A DNA stretch of 64,000 nt from the human T2T-CHM13v2.0 reference genome, Homo sapiens. The position numbers and the translations under genes are program-made. This document shows, one piece after another, positions 44,939 to 61,500 of this stretch. Below the pieces are notes generated by a model. That model saw only the letters and a program-made list of their open reading frames with translations, made no database searches and was not told where the DNA came from. Position 1 is the first letter of the stretch. Every line of letters starts with the position of its first letter. The stretch is taken from the NCBI RefSeq assembly GCF_009914755.1, contig NC_060925.1. The stretch is one strand, 5' to 3'.

Positions 44939-46649
44939 CTACACAAGGGAGTCCCGGCACTGCCAGGCTGCGGTGTCCATGTCCTGACCTAGGGTTTCAC
45001 TGAGCAGCTATCTGTCGCCTCAAGCCACATAACTTTTCAATATGCATGCGCATTGCCAATTAAAAAGTGAAAATAGAAGCAAGGGGAAAGGAAGGACATG
45101 TTTTCACCACCTTTACTTTCCCACGTCCATAGATTCATTTTCCAACAAACATTTTATCAGATGCCTGCGCTATGACAGGACCACAGAAAGAAATGAAGAT
45201 AAGGAAACAGCTCAGTGGAGGACGGGGCTGTGGTCTTCATTGAGATGTCTTCCTAGGCTGAAGGGAGCAGGGGCCTCTCAACATCAGGACACATGCATGG
45301 AGGCCAACGTGTCCTTTCTGGAAATGTGAACGGGGTCGTGAATGCGGTCCCCACAGCACCAGTCCCCTGTGGCCCGACTGCCCCAGCAGGTGCCAGGTAG
45401 ACCTCCCCCCCGCACCCTGAAACGCACCTGTCCTCCTGGGCCTAGCTGTGCTGCCAGCCTGCCACTGAGCAAACAGGGGTCAGCAGAGGGCTGGATGAGG
45501 GGTCCTAACAGAGGAAAATGCTCATTTCGCTGAGCAACTGCCCAGCTGAGCAAAGCTGCCTGCATTTACCTATGGGGTCAGCAATTCCGTGGGAGAGAGA
45601 AGTCCTGAGGGAGGAGGGAGAGGGGGCAGCACGCAGAGGCTGTTGCTTAGCAACTCATGGCAGCTGGTGGAAGGCAGGGACGGGCCAGGCCTTGGGCCTT
45701 GGGCCTTGGGCCTTGGGGGTAGACTGTGGCCCTGTTACAAACAGGGGTAAACAGATGGCCCCAAAAGGCAGGGGAAAGGAAGGACCATCGCTAGTAAAGA
45801 TGCAGTCTCTGGGGTTTGAAGAAGGGTTGCAAAAAGTAGCTTCCTTTCATCAGGCCGTGAAAATAAAAGATGAGTCAGTATCTAGTGGTACTCTAGACAC
45901 TAAGAATTCACATGGCAAACCCACTTGAAAGGCCTTTATTCCTAACTATTTGTAGGTAAAAAGTCATTGTTCCTAAGAGTTTGAAAACAGGAATGGGAAA
46001 ATGAACAAAACCTAAGCAGAGATCAAGGGGCAACTGGATGATGAGTGAGCACAGGACTCTGTGCTGCAGGAGTCCAGATCCCAGGCAGCCCAGGACTGCA
46101 GGAGTCCAGATCGCAGGCAGCCCAGAACAGGAGCTGGTTCAGCAGGCCCAAGCCGAGTGGGGAGTTCCGTGACTTGCCAGAGCCCTGAGCTGGGGTCACC
46201 TCCAGGGTCAGTTTCAGAAGTGTCACCTCCCTTGTCAAAGCCTTGCTCTGACCCACTGTCCCACTAATTCTCCAGCAAAATGCACCCTTACCACCTGCAC
46301 ACGAACTTCCATTCCGTGGTTGGAGGGTGGCCAAAAAGCTGCTCCATGGCCTTAGACTCTCCCCCACCACCATGTGATTGACTGAACCACCCTCACCCAG
46401 GACAAGGGAGCTGCTGTCTGTCGGAGAGGATGTTCCAGACCAGCTAGCAGCACAGCAGGCACCACGGGGCAGGAATCTAACTCCACGTGTCCTGGGAAAC
46501 ACCACAATTACATGTTTGCAATGACCCCTTCTACATGGCTGTTTTCAAATCTATTAAGCAAACAAACCAAAATTCTGACACCACCAGAGGAACATTCAAA
46601 AGCAAAATATAGGTCAGGGAAATTCCAAGTTACAAAAAAATAAAGACTG

Positions 46650-46667
46650 AGTGCCCTCTAGCGGCTC
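46650..46667 (-). promoter_or_regulatory. Candidate CTCF binding motif
   Basis: Minus strand gagCCGCTAGAGGGCACt closely fits the CTCF core CCRSYAGRKGGCRS. Confidence 0.55.
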
Positions 46668-47212
46668 AATGCACACTCTTCTGTGGTAAGTGATGAATGA
46701 AACTTTGCTCCCTTGCAATGTTACAGAGAAAATAAAAAGGATTATTCATAACCGAGAGCCAAAGTACCTCACTTAAAGTGACAGCCGCATATCATTAAGA
46801 TCTCCAAAGGAACCATATAAGTTGGTGAAATACTGAAGTATGAAAAGTTTCCATCATAAGTTAAACACTAGTGGGTATTTAAAAGTCTCTTACATTGGGT
46901 TTTGAGAGGCAATGTCTTCCAATGCTTGGAACCTGGGCTGAAGGTAATCATTTAATGTGACATGAATGCAGCCATAAATCCAAATTAAATAAACTCAGTG
47001 AAATCAGGGTCCATCCATGTAGATTTGCTGGTCCCCAAACAGTGACTGAGAAGTAGATTATGCTGCTACAGCTCATTTGCACCACCGTTCAACTCCTGGT
47101 CCTTCCAGTAACCAAGGCACACTCCTCTCTGCCAAGGATATGACAGTAAATCTTCTGGTGAGGAACTCAAAGCATGGTTCCCCACAGCTCTGCATCTTAA
47201 GAAGTCAAGCTA

Positions 47213-47334
47213 GGCCGGGTGCAGTGGCTCATGCCTGTAATCCCAGCATTCTGGGGCCAAGGTGGGCGGATCACCTGAGGTCAGGAGTTCAAGAGCAGCC
47301 TGGCCAACATGGCGAAACCCCATCTCTACTAAAA
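47213..47334 (+). mobile_element. Alu left monomer (AluS-like)
   Basis: ggccgggtgcagtggctcatgcc...ccatctctactaaaa, then unique sequence. Confidence 0.85.
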
Positions 47335-49475
47335 GCACAGCAGGCTTCTAGAAGGAGGACAGGCTGCTTCTTACCTGTCTTCGTCCTTCTCAAACAAAAG
47401 AAAGAGTCACAGGAACTACTCAAGTCTATGCATTCACTGACGGCAAAATGCAAGAATAGCTGGGCAAAGCTGGAATGCAAGAGTGCAGCCAAAGCGGCAG
47501 TGGCAGGGAAAGACCCTGGACTGGGATCGGGAGACCAGGAGCCCCAACCCAGAGGCAGCCACTATCTGTCAACTTCACCGACCCTGAATCCGTACTCTCT
47601 TCTGGTGGTTTTCCTTTAGGGAATCACCCTCCCAGCCCTTAACCATACAGTCAGGGGTGGCCCCAACCCCCACACCAAGAAGGGTGTGTGACCAAGGCCA
47701 ACTGTCCCCACCCCCATCCCCATCAGGTGTTACACAGTAAAGACAGGAGGACTCCCACTGGAACAACTGAGTCAATCAGGGCCTTTCTGTTGGGATTCCT
47801 AAGCCCAGGATTACCTGGGAGCTCCTGGGCTCACCATGTGGAGAAACTCTACCCGGAAAGAAGCCAACACTGAAGAAAGGAGAGCTTAAAGGGGAGGGGA
47901 GGGGGTAGGGGCATGAGGGAGAGAGACGAACAGATGGAGTCTTAATGGCATCCTTTGAGTGCCGGGATCCAGCCATGCCTAACATCAGCTCTACCTCTAG
48001 GCTTTTCTGACACATGAGCCAATACATTCTCTCTTGTTGAAGCTATTTTGAGTCAGGTTTCTATCCCTTGTATACAAAAGGGTTTTGATTAATTCATTCA
48101 CTCTACAAATATGTACTGAATGTTTTACTGTGGGCCAGGACTCATCAGGCAATGTACAGATGAATGAAACAGTCCCCACCGTGAGCTGCTTCAATGATAA
48201 GACTCTTCAGTGTGGAGCAAATAAATGCACCAACTATCTGCACCTCTTTACCTTCCAGGCATACGATGAGTCAGTCCCCAGTCCCCTTGTGACTTGGGAG
48301 GCCACGTGGCTACTTCTAACCCGGGAGGGGGAGAAGTGACGTGTGCCATTTCTGGGCCAGAGCCGTAACTGATGGTACAAGATCCTCCCCAAGGCCTCCC
48401 CTTCCTGCTGGCGCAACCCAGCAATATTCAAGATGGCGAACACCCTCTGGGACCAGGACGAGCAGAGCCACCACCAACTGCAATGCGCACGCAGCGAGAG
48501 TGAGAAATAAACCTTTTTATTTTAAGCTACCGAGATCTGGAGATTATTTGTTACCATAGCAAATTCGACTAATACCCTCTAAGAACAGTAGCAGGGAAGG
48601 AAGGAATCAGACAACACACAAGGATATAAAATAAAAGGTGGTGTCTGCAAAGGGCTGTGGGATGCTGAAAACAAAGCTCTGCCATGGACAAGACCCTTAG
48701 GCAGGGCTTTACAGATAAGTACAGGTTTCCATAAGAGAGGGCAAGGAAAGTTTAATATATGCCTTTTTAAATGTGGGAATATTTAAAGACATTTTCAAGT
48801 TGTAGGTAAAAAGGAAATAAAAATGGAACTCAACAATGTAGGAAATAACATTCCAAATCAAAACCTATGAAATGGGGTAAAAGATGTACTTGGAAGAAAA
48901 TTGCAGAATCTTAAATGATTTTATTATTAAACACAATGAGCAAATAAGCTAAGAATTCTGCTTTTCAAAGAGGATGAATAAAGATAAAATATAGAATTAA
49001 ATTAAGATTAAAGAAAAAATTAATAACTTAAAAACAAGAGAACCAGTAAGTAAAAGTAACAGCTGATTCTTTGAAGAGACTAATGAAATATACAAACCTC
49101 TCATAAGCCTGACCGAAAAAGGAAGAGTCCTCCCAAGATAGAAAGCGAAGGAAGGAATCTAATCACAGGCGCATACTGAATGTTTAAATTAGTTACAAAC
49201 TTTATCACAGCATCCTTGTAAACTAGAGGAAATTGGCCATTTTTTTTAGAGGATGTGTATCCCAAAAGTTAACACAAGATGAAGTGGAAAACATAAATAG
49301 ACCAATAACCATGAAAAGAAATGTAATTGGTTGTCAAAAATCCCTTCAGTGGTTTCACAGAGAAGTTTTATCAGACCTTCAAGAAACAGGTCTTGCCTTT
49401 TGTTTAAACTATTTTAAAGCCCAGAAAAAAATGGGCAGCTTCCTCTGGATTATGACATAAGAGAAAGCTGCAGAT

Positions 49476-49684
49476 CAGGGGTCTGCAAACTATGGTCCAC
49501 AGGTCGATTCAGCTAACAATCTGTGCGTATCAACAAAGTCTCATTAGAACACAGCCACGTCCATTCATTAACGTATCGCCTATATATACCAGCGGAGATG
49601 AGTAGCTGTGACAGAGACCATCTTGCCCACAAATCCTAAAATACTTACTATTTGGCCTTTACAGAAAAAGTTTGCTGACCTCTT
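49476..49684. mobile_element. MER58A
   Basis: caggggtctgcaaactatgg...gaacacagccacg...acagaaaaagtttgctgacctc. Confidence 0.8.
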
Positions 49685-50221
49685 CTATAATTGGGCCTCA
49701 ATTGTAGAAACAGAAATCCCAAATACAAGTTAATCACATCAAGATGGACATAACTGTAAAACTCCCCACAAGTCATTCTCTCTTTTTTAATACTTTTTTT
49801 GAACAGTTTTTTAGGTTCTCAGCAGTACTGAGCAGAAGGTACAGGGTGTTCCCACAGTGCCCTGTCCCCACATGCAGCTACCCTCACTAACATCCCAGAG
49901 CAGATGGCACGTGATTCTTCTTGCTACCTCACGTATTTGGTAGTTTGTTTATTGTCTGTTTTTAAAGCTCCACTGGGACAGGAGCCTAACCAAGTGCCTG
50001 GCACATCACAGACTCTCCGCAAGTCTTTGCTGAATGGAGAGTGGGTAGGAGAAAAGGAGGACCACCTGAACAAGCCCCATCTGAGTCAGCATGCCCTAAA
50101 GTGTTTGCAGAATGGCTAAGATAAAATGGTAGAGGCATAGCCAACACTGAGCTTTCTGGGCCCACCCGGAACCTACTTTCGTGGATGCAGTCAGGGCCAG
50201 CTGTGTTTGTTTGTTTGTGGG

Positions 50222-50942
<721 letters not shown>

Positions 50943-52387
50943 TGAACCAGTAGTTGAAGGGGTACGTACATGTGGTCGCTTCCCTCAACGCTGCCAACCA
51001 GAAGAACCACAATGGCAGTGGCATGGGGACAACGTTAATGATCGCCCGACAATCGCTGGGCATCTGCTCCACGCCAGGCAGCCCCGAGCACCTGGACATA
51101 TCTTTACTCATTTCATCCTCCCCCCAATCCTTGGCTATCCTTTGCCCATTTTTCTTTTCTGTTGTTTATCTGCTTCTTATTGATTTGGAGGAGGTCTTTC
51201 TGTAATCCTTCTTTCTAATCTTCTCATCTTACTTCCTTCATTAATTTTTAATGGTCATATGTATTGCAAATATCTTTCAGCCTGAGGTCTGTCTTCTAAC
51301 TTTGTTTACAGAGTCTTTTCTCACACAGAAGTTTTATATTTTAATATAATCTTATTTCTCAATCGTCTCTTTGGTTTATGCTTTGTCTATCTTGCTTAAG
51401 AAGGCCTTCCTAACCCAAAGGCCATAAAAATATTCTCCAATGTCTTTTTCTAAGATTTCTCAAGTTTGTTTTTCATACTTTAAGTATTTAATCCATCCCA
51501 TTTTACAGCTGAGGAAACAGGGACACAGACATTAAGTAACTGCTCTAATATTCAATAAGTATGCATTCATAAGCAATACATGCAATTGTTTTGAAAGTTA
51601 CTTAAATGCTACCACATTGTTCATTTCCTTTCAGAACTTGTGTTCATTCAACATGCCTTTGTGAAGGTTTATCCACCTGATACGCATAGATCTATTTCAT
51701 TCATTTAACCGACACACAGCATTTCACTGTCCAAGTAAGTCAGTTTATCCATTCCCTGACTGGGAAACCAGCAGCTGCTGTGATGCTGAGCCCGCCCATG
51801 TCTCCTTATACACATGAACCGGTTGTTCTCTCTAACAGTCGTCTGGAAATGGCACTTCTGAGTTGTAGGATATTAACTAAATATTACAAAATCACTCTTC
51901 AAAGCGGCTGCACACATCCCATTCTTCCCACGGTGGTAAGAGTTCTGCTTTATCCACATCCTCAGGAACTTTTGCACTATTAGACATCTGGATTCCTCCA
52001 ATATGAGGGGAATAAAACGGTTTGTCATTTTATTTTCATTTCTCTGATTACCAGTAATACTGAGCATGTTTTCATTTGTTTATGGTTATTGGTTATTCTG
52101 GTTTCTTCTCTATAAATTCCCTCTTCATATGACGACAGCGTTAGCGATCGCCCAGCAACTGCTGAGCACTGTCCATTTTTCTTTCCTGCTGTCTATTTCT
52201 TATTGATTTGGAGGACTTCTTTCTATAATCTTTCCTCTTTCTGATCTTCTAATTCTAACATTTCTGAAGTTTTGGTTTTTAGGCCATCTGGAATTTATTA
52301 TTGTACATGACATGAAGCTAGGACTGAATTTTATATTTTCCATGTGGGCAAGGGATCACGCCACACCATTTACTGACTGCTACTCCT

Positions 52388-52846
52388 TGCGGTAAGCGGA
52401 GTAACTGCTGCCACCCCAGAGATACCCACGTCCTAACCCCAGAACCTATACATATGTTCAATGCCAAGGGACTAAGGTGCTCATCAGCTGACCCTGAGAT
52501 GGGGGGATGACCCTGGATTATCCAGGTGGGCCCAATGTACTCACAATAGTCTTTGTAAGTGAAAGGCAGGGAGGCAGGAGGGTCAGAGTTCAGTGACAAC
52601 TGGAAAGTGCTACATGGCTGCCTTTGAAGATGGAAGAAGGAGCCAAGGGACGCAGGTGGCCTCTAGCAGCTGGAAAAGGAGAGGAAATGGATTTTCCCCT
52701 GGAGCCTCCAGAAGGAGCACAGCCCCGCTGAGCCCTCGATTTAAGACTATAGGACCCACTTTGGACTTCTGACCTCCAGAATTTTAGGATAATAAGCTCC
52801 TGTTGCAACGTCACTAATTTGTTGTAACAGCAACCAGAAACTAATA
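52388..52846 (+). mobile_element. MLT1 (MLT1D-like) MaLR LTR
   Basis: ctggattatccaggtgggcccaatgta...ctggagcctccagaagg...tgtaacagcaaccagaaactaata. Confidence 0.8.
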
Positions 52847-53051
52847 TATTCCTTCTCTTCAAGTTGTCACATATCACACTTTATATTTTGTCCCATTATC
52901 TATTTATCTCTCTCTGTATCAATGCTATACTTGTTCTAGAAATTAGAACATTACAGTAAGTCTGAAAACTAAGAAAGGTGAAGCCTCCCTCCTTCTTCAA
53001 AATTGCCTTGGCTATTCTTGACTATGGTTTTTTTTTTTAATTAAAAAATAA

Positions 53052-53500
53052 CCCCAGCATTTTGGGAGGCCAAGGTGGGAGGACCACTTGAGGCCAGGAG
53101 TTCAAGAGCAGCCTGTACAACACAGCAAGACCATATCTCTACAAAACAAAAAACTTAGCCAGGCACGGTGGCACTGTCTGCAGTCCTGGCTTAGCCGGGC
53201 ACGGTGGCACTGCCTGCAGTCCTGGCTTAGCCGGGCACGGTGGCACTGCCTGCAGTCCTGGCTTAGCCGGGCACGGTGGCACTGCCTGCAGTCCTGGCTT
53301 AGCCGGGCACGGTGGCACTGCCTGCAGTCCTGGCTTAGCCGGGCACGGTGGCACTCCCTGTAGTCCTGGCTACTCAGGAGGCTGAGGCGGGTGGATTGCT
53401 TGAGCTCAGGAGTTCAAGGCTACAGTGAGCTGTGATTATGGCACGCACTCCAGCCAGAGCAACGAAGTGAGAATTTATCTCTAAAAGCAAAACAAAACAA
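53052..53500 (+). mobile_element. AluJ-like element containing an internal 36-bp minisatellite
   Basis: Alu left arm, repeat array, then the rest of the right arm. Confidence 0.88.
53154..53370. repeat. 36-bp minisatellite x6 (cttagccgggcacggtggcactgcctgcagtcctgg)
   Basis: Units start at 53154, 53190, 53226, 53262, 53298, 53334. Confidence 0.95.
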
Positions 53501-53709
53501 AAACCCTGGAATATATCCTAAAAGAAAATAAATGCAGCGTATGGGAGAAAGACACACCAGGCGGAGAGCATGAGCCAAGACTCAAAAGTCCGGAAAACAC
53601 GCAGCATGGTGAGTGAATCACAAGTAGCACACACAGCTAGAAGACGCTTTCAAACCCCGGGATGATCGGCCCCGGTGGGGATGATTTCAGCAGCCAAGAG
53701 ACTATTAAC

Positions 53710-54890
53710 AGGACTTCTACTTCTGGCCAAGAAGAGTAACAGTGATCAGATTGACCCTCCCATCTAAAATACATTTTCTTTTAAACACAAAATATGTAGA
53801 ACAGTGGTTTTCAAGACAGTGGACTTCAGGCAACAAAGGAGAGTGATCCCAAGGGCTGGGAAACAGAAGAGGGAAGGCCTACCCTGACCCCAGCTTACTG
53901 TGTTCAGTGAGTTTGCACCAGACAGGATGAGCAGCACAGAGAGAGAATGCCAGCCATTTACAGAGGGTCCCACCCTAGCATTCAGTAGAGCGCGGATCAG
54001 GAAACTTCCTAAGGCCAAAAGAGAAAGAACCACCAGAGAGGATTACAGGGAATAGGGCCTGGTCTTCACAGGGCAGGCAGACATAGCGCTGTTCCCTCCA
54101 GCCACCTGGTAATCCTCATTCTTCATGGGACACCGGGCAGAGCCCTCTGGGGGCACCTGTCATCTCAGTGAGGAATAATCAGCCCTAGATGAAATGCTGA
54201 TCTGATCTCACCTAACCAATCTTAAGAGCAAGACCCAAAAGGATCTAACAATTTTCAAAGCTTAAGAATATTTATCAGATACAAAAACATTCAGTATCCA
54301 GTAAGAGAAAATTCTCAGTATCTGGAGCCCATCAAAAGTTATCAGACATCCAAAGAGGCAGGAAAACAGAACCCAATCAGGACAAAAATCTATCAATCAA
54401 AACTGATCCTGAACTGACAAAGATATTAGAATTAGCAAGCCAGGATATTAAAGTAGTTATAACTGTATTTCTTAAGTTCAAAAAGCCAGAGGAAACACTG
54501 AACATGTTAAGTCAAGACACGGAAGAATAAAACAAGCCCAGACGAACTTCTAGAGATGAAAACTATAATATCTGAGATGAAAAGTATACTGAAAAGGATA
54601 AATGGCAGATCAGACACTCCAGAAGAAAAGAACTTGAAGTGAACTTGAAGACAGAAACTATCTAAAATGAAACACACAGCAAAAGGAGGTTATGAATAAA
54701 AGTGAACAGAGTATCAGCGAGCTGTGAGGCAATTTCTGGCAGCCTGATAAACACGTAACTGGGGCCTCTGAATGAGAGGATGAGAGAGAAAGACAGAAGA
54801 AATATGTGAAGAAATAATGACCACAATTTTTCCAAATGTGATGAAAACTATAAATCTAGAGATCTAAGAAGCTCAAGGAACCCTGGCAAA
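53710..54890 (+). mobile_element. Old L1M 5' region/ORF1 relic
   Basis: A-rich ORF1-like remnants (gaagaaataatgaccacaatttttccaaatgtgatgaaaactataaatc). Confidence 0.6.
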
Positions 54891-55134
54891 AAAATCAGTT
54901 AAAGAATCATTCTGGGCAAGCAGAGGCAGTGGCAGACTGGTTTTAAAATCTCCTCCAAACGCCTCATGAAAACAGGGCAGCCAGGGAAGTAAAACCAAAG
55001 CCCACAGATGGCATCCACAAATTGATCCAGCCCAAAAGCCCGACAGCAGGATCAGCCCATCAGAGTTTATAGTTAATTTGATTAGAAGGTCTTCAAAACA
55101 TAACTAGCTGCTCTTTTCCAGTGCCATAACTATA

Positions 55135-55440
55135 TCTTTATTTACTTATTTATTTTTGAGACAAGGTCTCACTCTTTTGCCCAGGCTGGAGTGCACTGGC
55201 GTAATCACGGCTCACTGCAGCCTCCATCTCCCGGGCTCAACCAATCCTCTTGCCTTGGCCTCCTGAGTAGCGGGGACTAAAGGTGCACACCACCGCGCAT
55301 AGCTAATTTGTTTTATTTTTAGTAGAAATGGGGTCTTGCTATGTTGCCCAGGCTGGTCTTGAACTCCTGAGCTCAAGTGATCCTCCTGCCTCAGCCTTCT
55401 AAAGTGCTAGGATTACATGCATGAGCCACCATGCCTGGCC
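55135..55440 (-). mobile_element. AluJ-like element
   Basis: Full reverse-complement Alu with T-rich tail. Confidence 0.88.
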
Positions 55441-55611
55441 TGTATCATAATTTAAACACATGAAAATTTCTTTCCAGAGAAGGTAGTCATATTTTTCCTG
55501 AAAGCTAGCTATACAGGTTCATTCTCTGTTCAGGCATTTCTACAGACATGGGCAAACTATGTTTATTATGTATTACTACTGTACTTCTAAGTAACTTAAT
55601 CAAAAATCAGA

Positions 55612-56399
<788 letters not shown>

Positions 56400-58053
56400 A
56401 GGAATGGGTTGTTTTAAATGATCCTTTATTATGACCCTTTGTTTAGTTTTTTGAAATTATGTGTCCTATGCCTTGAATGCATTCAATTTTATCAAATGAA
56501 ATTGGAAATTCATTCTAAACCGACTCTGACAGGAAATGCATGCATGCCTACCACCCACCACCACAAGGGATTCTAGTACAAGGGGGACTGTACATTTCAG
56601 TGCCGTTTATAAAGATGGGATTATTAATGTACACACTGGTGGTAAACAGAAATCTTGAGAACAAGCTGTTAGGCACAAAATTCAAACACTGAAAAAACAA
56701 AACAATTAAAACCATCAAATGCATCACCTCTATGAAAAGAAGGAAAATACTTAATGATGTAGTTTGTCCCAAAGAAATCAACTATTAAGTTTTGGTACCG
56801 GAATATTCTTAGATAGCTCAGAGAATCCTGAAAGACCATGTTTATTATGTATTACTATTGTACTTTTAAGTAACTTAATCAAAAATCAGAGTACAGAGTA
56901 GGTCCATGGTTTCTGCATCCATGAATTCAACCAGACTTGGGCTGAAAATATTTTTTTTTAAATGTGTCTGCACTGAACACGTACAGACTCTTTTTTTCTT
57001 GTCATTACTCCCTAAACAGTACAATTTACATAGCATTTGCACTGTATTAGGTATCTCAGAAAATCATCAACTTCATCAAATTCATCAACTTAGAAATGCA
57101 TGTGCTGCTTCCACCAACTGTAAAATCAAATTCAACAAGACCAGTTCCCATAAATTAGAATCTCAATCCATGAAGAAAACCCCTCCTGAGTGATGGAAGC
57201 ACCAGCAGCTTTGTAGCAGGACTTGGGGCCATAGCCGAGCACAGAAAGCAACTCCTCCCTCGACACCCGGGCATCACCAGCTGGAGCCCAGAGGAACACA
57301 AAGCTCCCTCCCGGGCTTGCACGTTTGCTCATTCCCTATCTTGCCATCTGGAACAGGCAGAAAGAAGGAAGTCATCACCTGCGACTAGGGATCCTAGAAC
57401 CTTCAGTGGTGAGAGCTCCAGACGCCTAGAGCCAAGGCCCCATACTCATTCAGGTGGACTACTCCAACACTCCCTCGTACCTTCCGCCCCTCACTTCAGT
57501 ATAGGTGGAATTCTCAACCAGGACATGGGTCTAAACCAAGAGGCTCTGAGCACAGGGTACTGCCTCAGCAGAAGCAGCTAGGCTGACGGCCAATAAGAAC
57601 TCTTTAACCTCCTAACCATGTGGACTTGCTGCCACCCACAGGGCCAGGACTCTACCTCTGCTGGCAGCCCTTGCTGCTTGCAGCCAATTGTGACTCCTTT
57701 TCTTAAAGCCACAGACTCAGATCACACACTCCTAACTTTCGGGCAGGGCTTCAAGGTGAGTAGACAGACGGCTACTTCAACAGTGCAAACGCAAGGTGGC
57801 GGTCCTCGGCTCTCGACCACCCTCTAACTCTCGGGTCCCACATTTGCAGGGCATCCATGTGACGTGTCCTTTTAAATGCTTAGTTGGGGAGCTGTCAAGT
57901 AACTGAGCTGACTCTGGGCTGAAGCACAAGCTTCTGGGCCACACTTCATCACTGTCCAATTCTACACCTTGGTATTAAGCAAAAACCCAACTAACAGATT
58001 CCATTAATGCAATCTACGACGATTATCTTACAAATGTGGTGATTACCGTACTA

Positions 58054-58359
<306 letters not shown>

Positions 58360-58519
58360 CTAAAACAAAGTCTACGTGAAATCAGAGGCTTCTTGATGCC
58401 ACATGTTCTCAGATTATAATCAAGTAGTTTGAGCAAAAAGCAATTGGTGTGGCATTAAAAGCCCTGCAGACCATATGATCATGGAATGACCCTTACCCAA
58501 GCAGAAATCGCAATCTCTC

Positions 58520-61500
58520 TCGAGTTGTGAATGTTGTCATTGACCTATGTGAAACTGACATCTTTATTCTGGGTATGGCTCTGTGGGTTTTGGCACATGC
58601 ACAGATTCACATAACCAGCACCACACCCAGGGTGCAGGCCAGCCCCATCCCCCCAGGGTGCTCCCTTGCCCTGCCCTGCCCCTCTGCAGCCACACCCAGC
58701 CCATGCCTAACCCGGGCAATCTATGACTGCTTCCCCAGCACTGTCATTTCGTCTTTTTGAGAATGTCAAAAAAATGTCCAACACATGGAATCACATAATG
58801 TATAACTTTTGAGACCAGCTTCTTTCATTTAGCATAAGACTGAGGAGATTCATCCAAGTTGTTACATACACATCAAACTGTTTCTTTTTTTATTACTGAG
58901 TGATATTCTATTGTACGGATGTACCAGTTTATTTATCCATTCACTCACAAACATTTGGGTAGTTTCTGGTTTGGGTGATTATAAACAGACCTGCTACAAA
59001 CACATATGTTTGTGTGAATACAGGTTTCATTTCTCCAAGAGTAGGACTGCTGGGTCATATGGCATATTTAATTTCATAAGGCACTTCCAAACTTTATTTC
59101 TGGACTCTCTAGTCTGTTCCATTAACTGAATTCCTTGATACTAATTATATTAATCAGTGTAGCTGTACAGTAAGTGTTTAAACTGTGTAGTATGATTCCT
59201 CCAACTTTACTGTTCTTTTTTCAAAACTATTTTGACTCTTCTAATTCCTTTAGCTTTCCATATAAATTTCAGAATCAGCTTGTCTATATCGCCAAAAAAA
59301 TCCTGCTGAGATTTTGACTGAAACTGCATAAAATCTCTAGATCAATCTTGGGCAGAACTGACAGCTTTACTATGTTGAGTTTCCCAAGACATAAACATGT
59401 TACGTCTCTCCAATTATTTAGGTCTTCTTTGATTTCACCTAAGAATAACCACAATGACAACTAGCAAAAGGACAGTTTTATTGTTTTCAGCATACAGATC
59501 CCCTAACTATTTTGTTAGATTTAGTTCATGGAGGGCAGGCTTTGTAAACAATACTGTTTCTGTATTTTGCTTTCAATTTTTCAGTGCTAGTATACAGAAA
59601 TAGGATTGATTTTTCATGTTGACTTCCTGTGTTATCCTGCAACCTCACTAAACCCACTTACTCATTCTAAAAGGACTTTTTTGTAGACTCCTCAGAATCT
59701 TTGGCATAGACAATCACGTTTTCTGCAAATAAGGACAGTTTTGTTTCTTCCTTCTAATGTGTAGGTCTTTTGTTTTCTTGACTTACAGCACTGACTACAA
59801 CTTCCAGTGCAATACTGAACATGACGTTGAATGCTAACAGTGGACATCCTTTACTTGTTCCTAATCTTAGGGGGAAAGCAATCAGTCTTTCACCATTAAG
59901 TATGATGTTAACTAAAGAGTTTTTGTAAACATCACTGATTATGCTAAGGAAGTTTTCTTTTATTGCTAGTTTGCTCAGTTTTTAATCATAAACTGATGCT
60001 GAATATCGTCAAATGTTTTTTCAGTATCAATTGCCAGGATCATATGGTTTTCCTTCTTTAGGCTGTTACTATAATGAATTACATTTATTGATTTCCAAAT
60101 AGAAAACAGACTTGCATTCTCTGGATAAAGCTCCACTTGGCTATAGTGTATTATTCTTTTTGCGTATTGCTGGACTCAATCTGCTAATATTTTGTTGAGT
60201 ATTTTGCACCTATGTTTATGAAGGATACGGGTCCACAGTTCTGTTTTCTTGTTATTATTAATATTATTTTTCTGGTTTTGATATCAGGGTAATGCTGGCT
60301 TCATTTCATGAGTTGGGAATTGCTCCCATCTTTTCTGTTTTCTGAAATAGATTATATAAAAGTGGCATTATTTCTTCTTCACATGTCTAATAGAATTCAT
60401 AGTGAATAGGCCTGAATATTTCTTTTTCAAAAGTTTTTAAACTATGAATTCAACTTACATATTAGTTATAGGACTACTCAGGTCATCTACTTCATCTTGG
60501 CTGAGTTTTGGCAATGTGGAGTTTCATATTCATTCATCCATTTCACCTAAATTGTCAAATTTATGTGCAGAGAATTGTTTGTAGTATTCCCTTATTATCC
60601 TTTTAATACCCGTGAGGTCTGTACTGATATTCCTTCTTTCATTCCTAATATTAGTCATTTGTGTCCTCCCTTCTTTTTCAGTCTTGCTAGAAGTTCATCA
60701 GTTTTACTGATATTTTCAAACAGGTTCTTGTTTCACTGGGTTTTTGCTATTTTTTAATTTTTAATCTATTGTTTTTGTTTTCAATTTCATTGGTTTCTGC
60801 TGTTATTGACTTCTGAATAGCTTTGGGTTTATTTTACTCTTCTTTTTCTAGTTTCTGAAGACAAAGATCAGATCACTGAATTAAGATCTTTTTTCTGTTC
60901 TAATATAAGCACCTAACGCTAAGCATATTTGAGCTGCATCCTACGAACTTTGACATGTTGTATTTCCATATCTGTTAAGTTCACAATATCTTCTATTTTC
61001 CCTTGAGATTTACTCTTTACTTTATGGATTTTTACATATTGTTTAATTTCCAAGTGGTTGAAAATTTTTATTATCTTTGTTATTGATTTCTAGTTCAATT
61101 CCATTATAATCTGAGAATACATCCTGTATAATCTCAACTCTCTTAAAACTGAAGTTTGTTTTATGACCAAGGATATTGTCTATCTTGATGAATGTTCCAT
61201 GTGCACTTGTAAACAACGTGTATCCTGCTGTTGTTGGGGAGAGTGCTCTATAAATATCATTCCGATCCAGTTGGTCGATGGCGATGTTCAGTCCTTCTGT
61301 ATCATTGCTGATGGAATAGCTAGTTGTTCTTTGTTTACTTAGAGAGGATGCTGAAGTCTCCAACTCTAATTGTGGATTTGTCCATTTCTCCTTTCAGTTC
61401 AATCAGTTTTTGCTTCATGTATTTTGAAGCTCTATGTTAGATGCAAGCAATTTTAGGATTGTTATGTCTTGGCAACTGACCCTTTTATCATGTGTACTAT

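Noticed and set aside
61043-61363. Endonuclease-like ORF
   Set aside because: It is a decayed L1 ORF2 fragment inside a disrupted old L1
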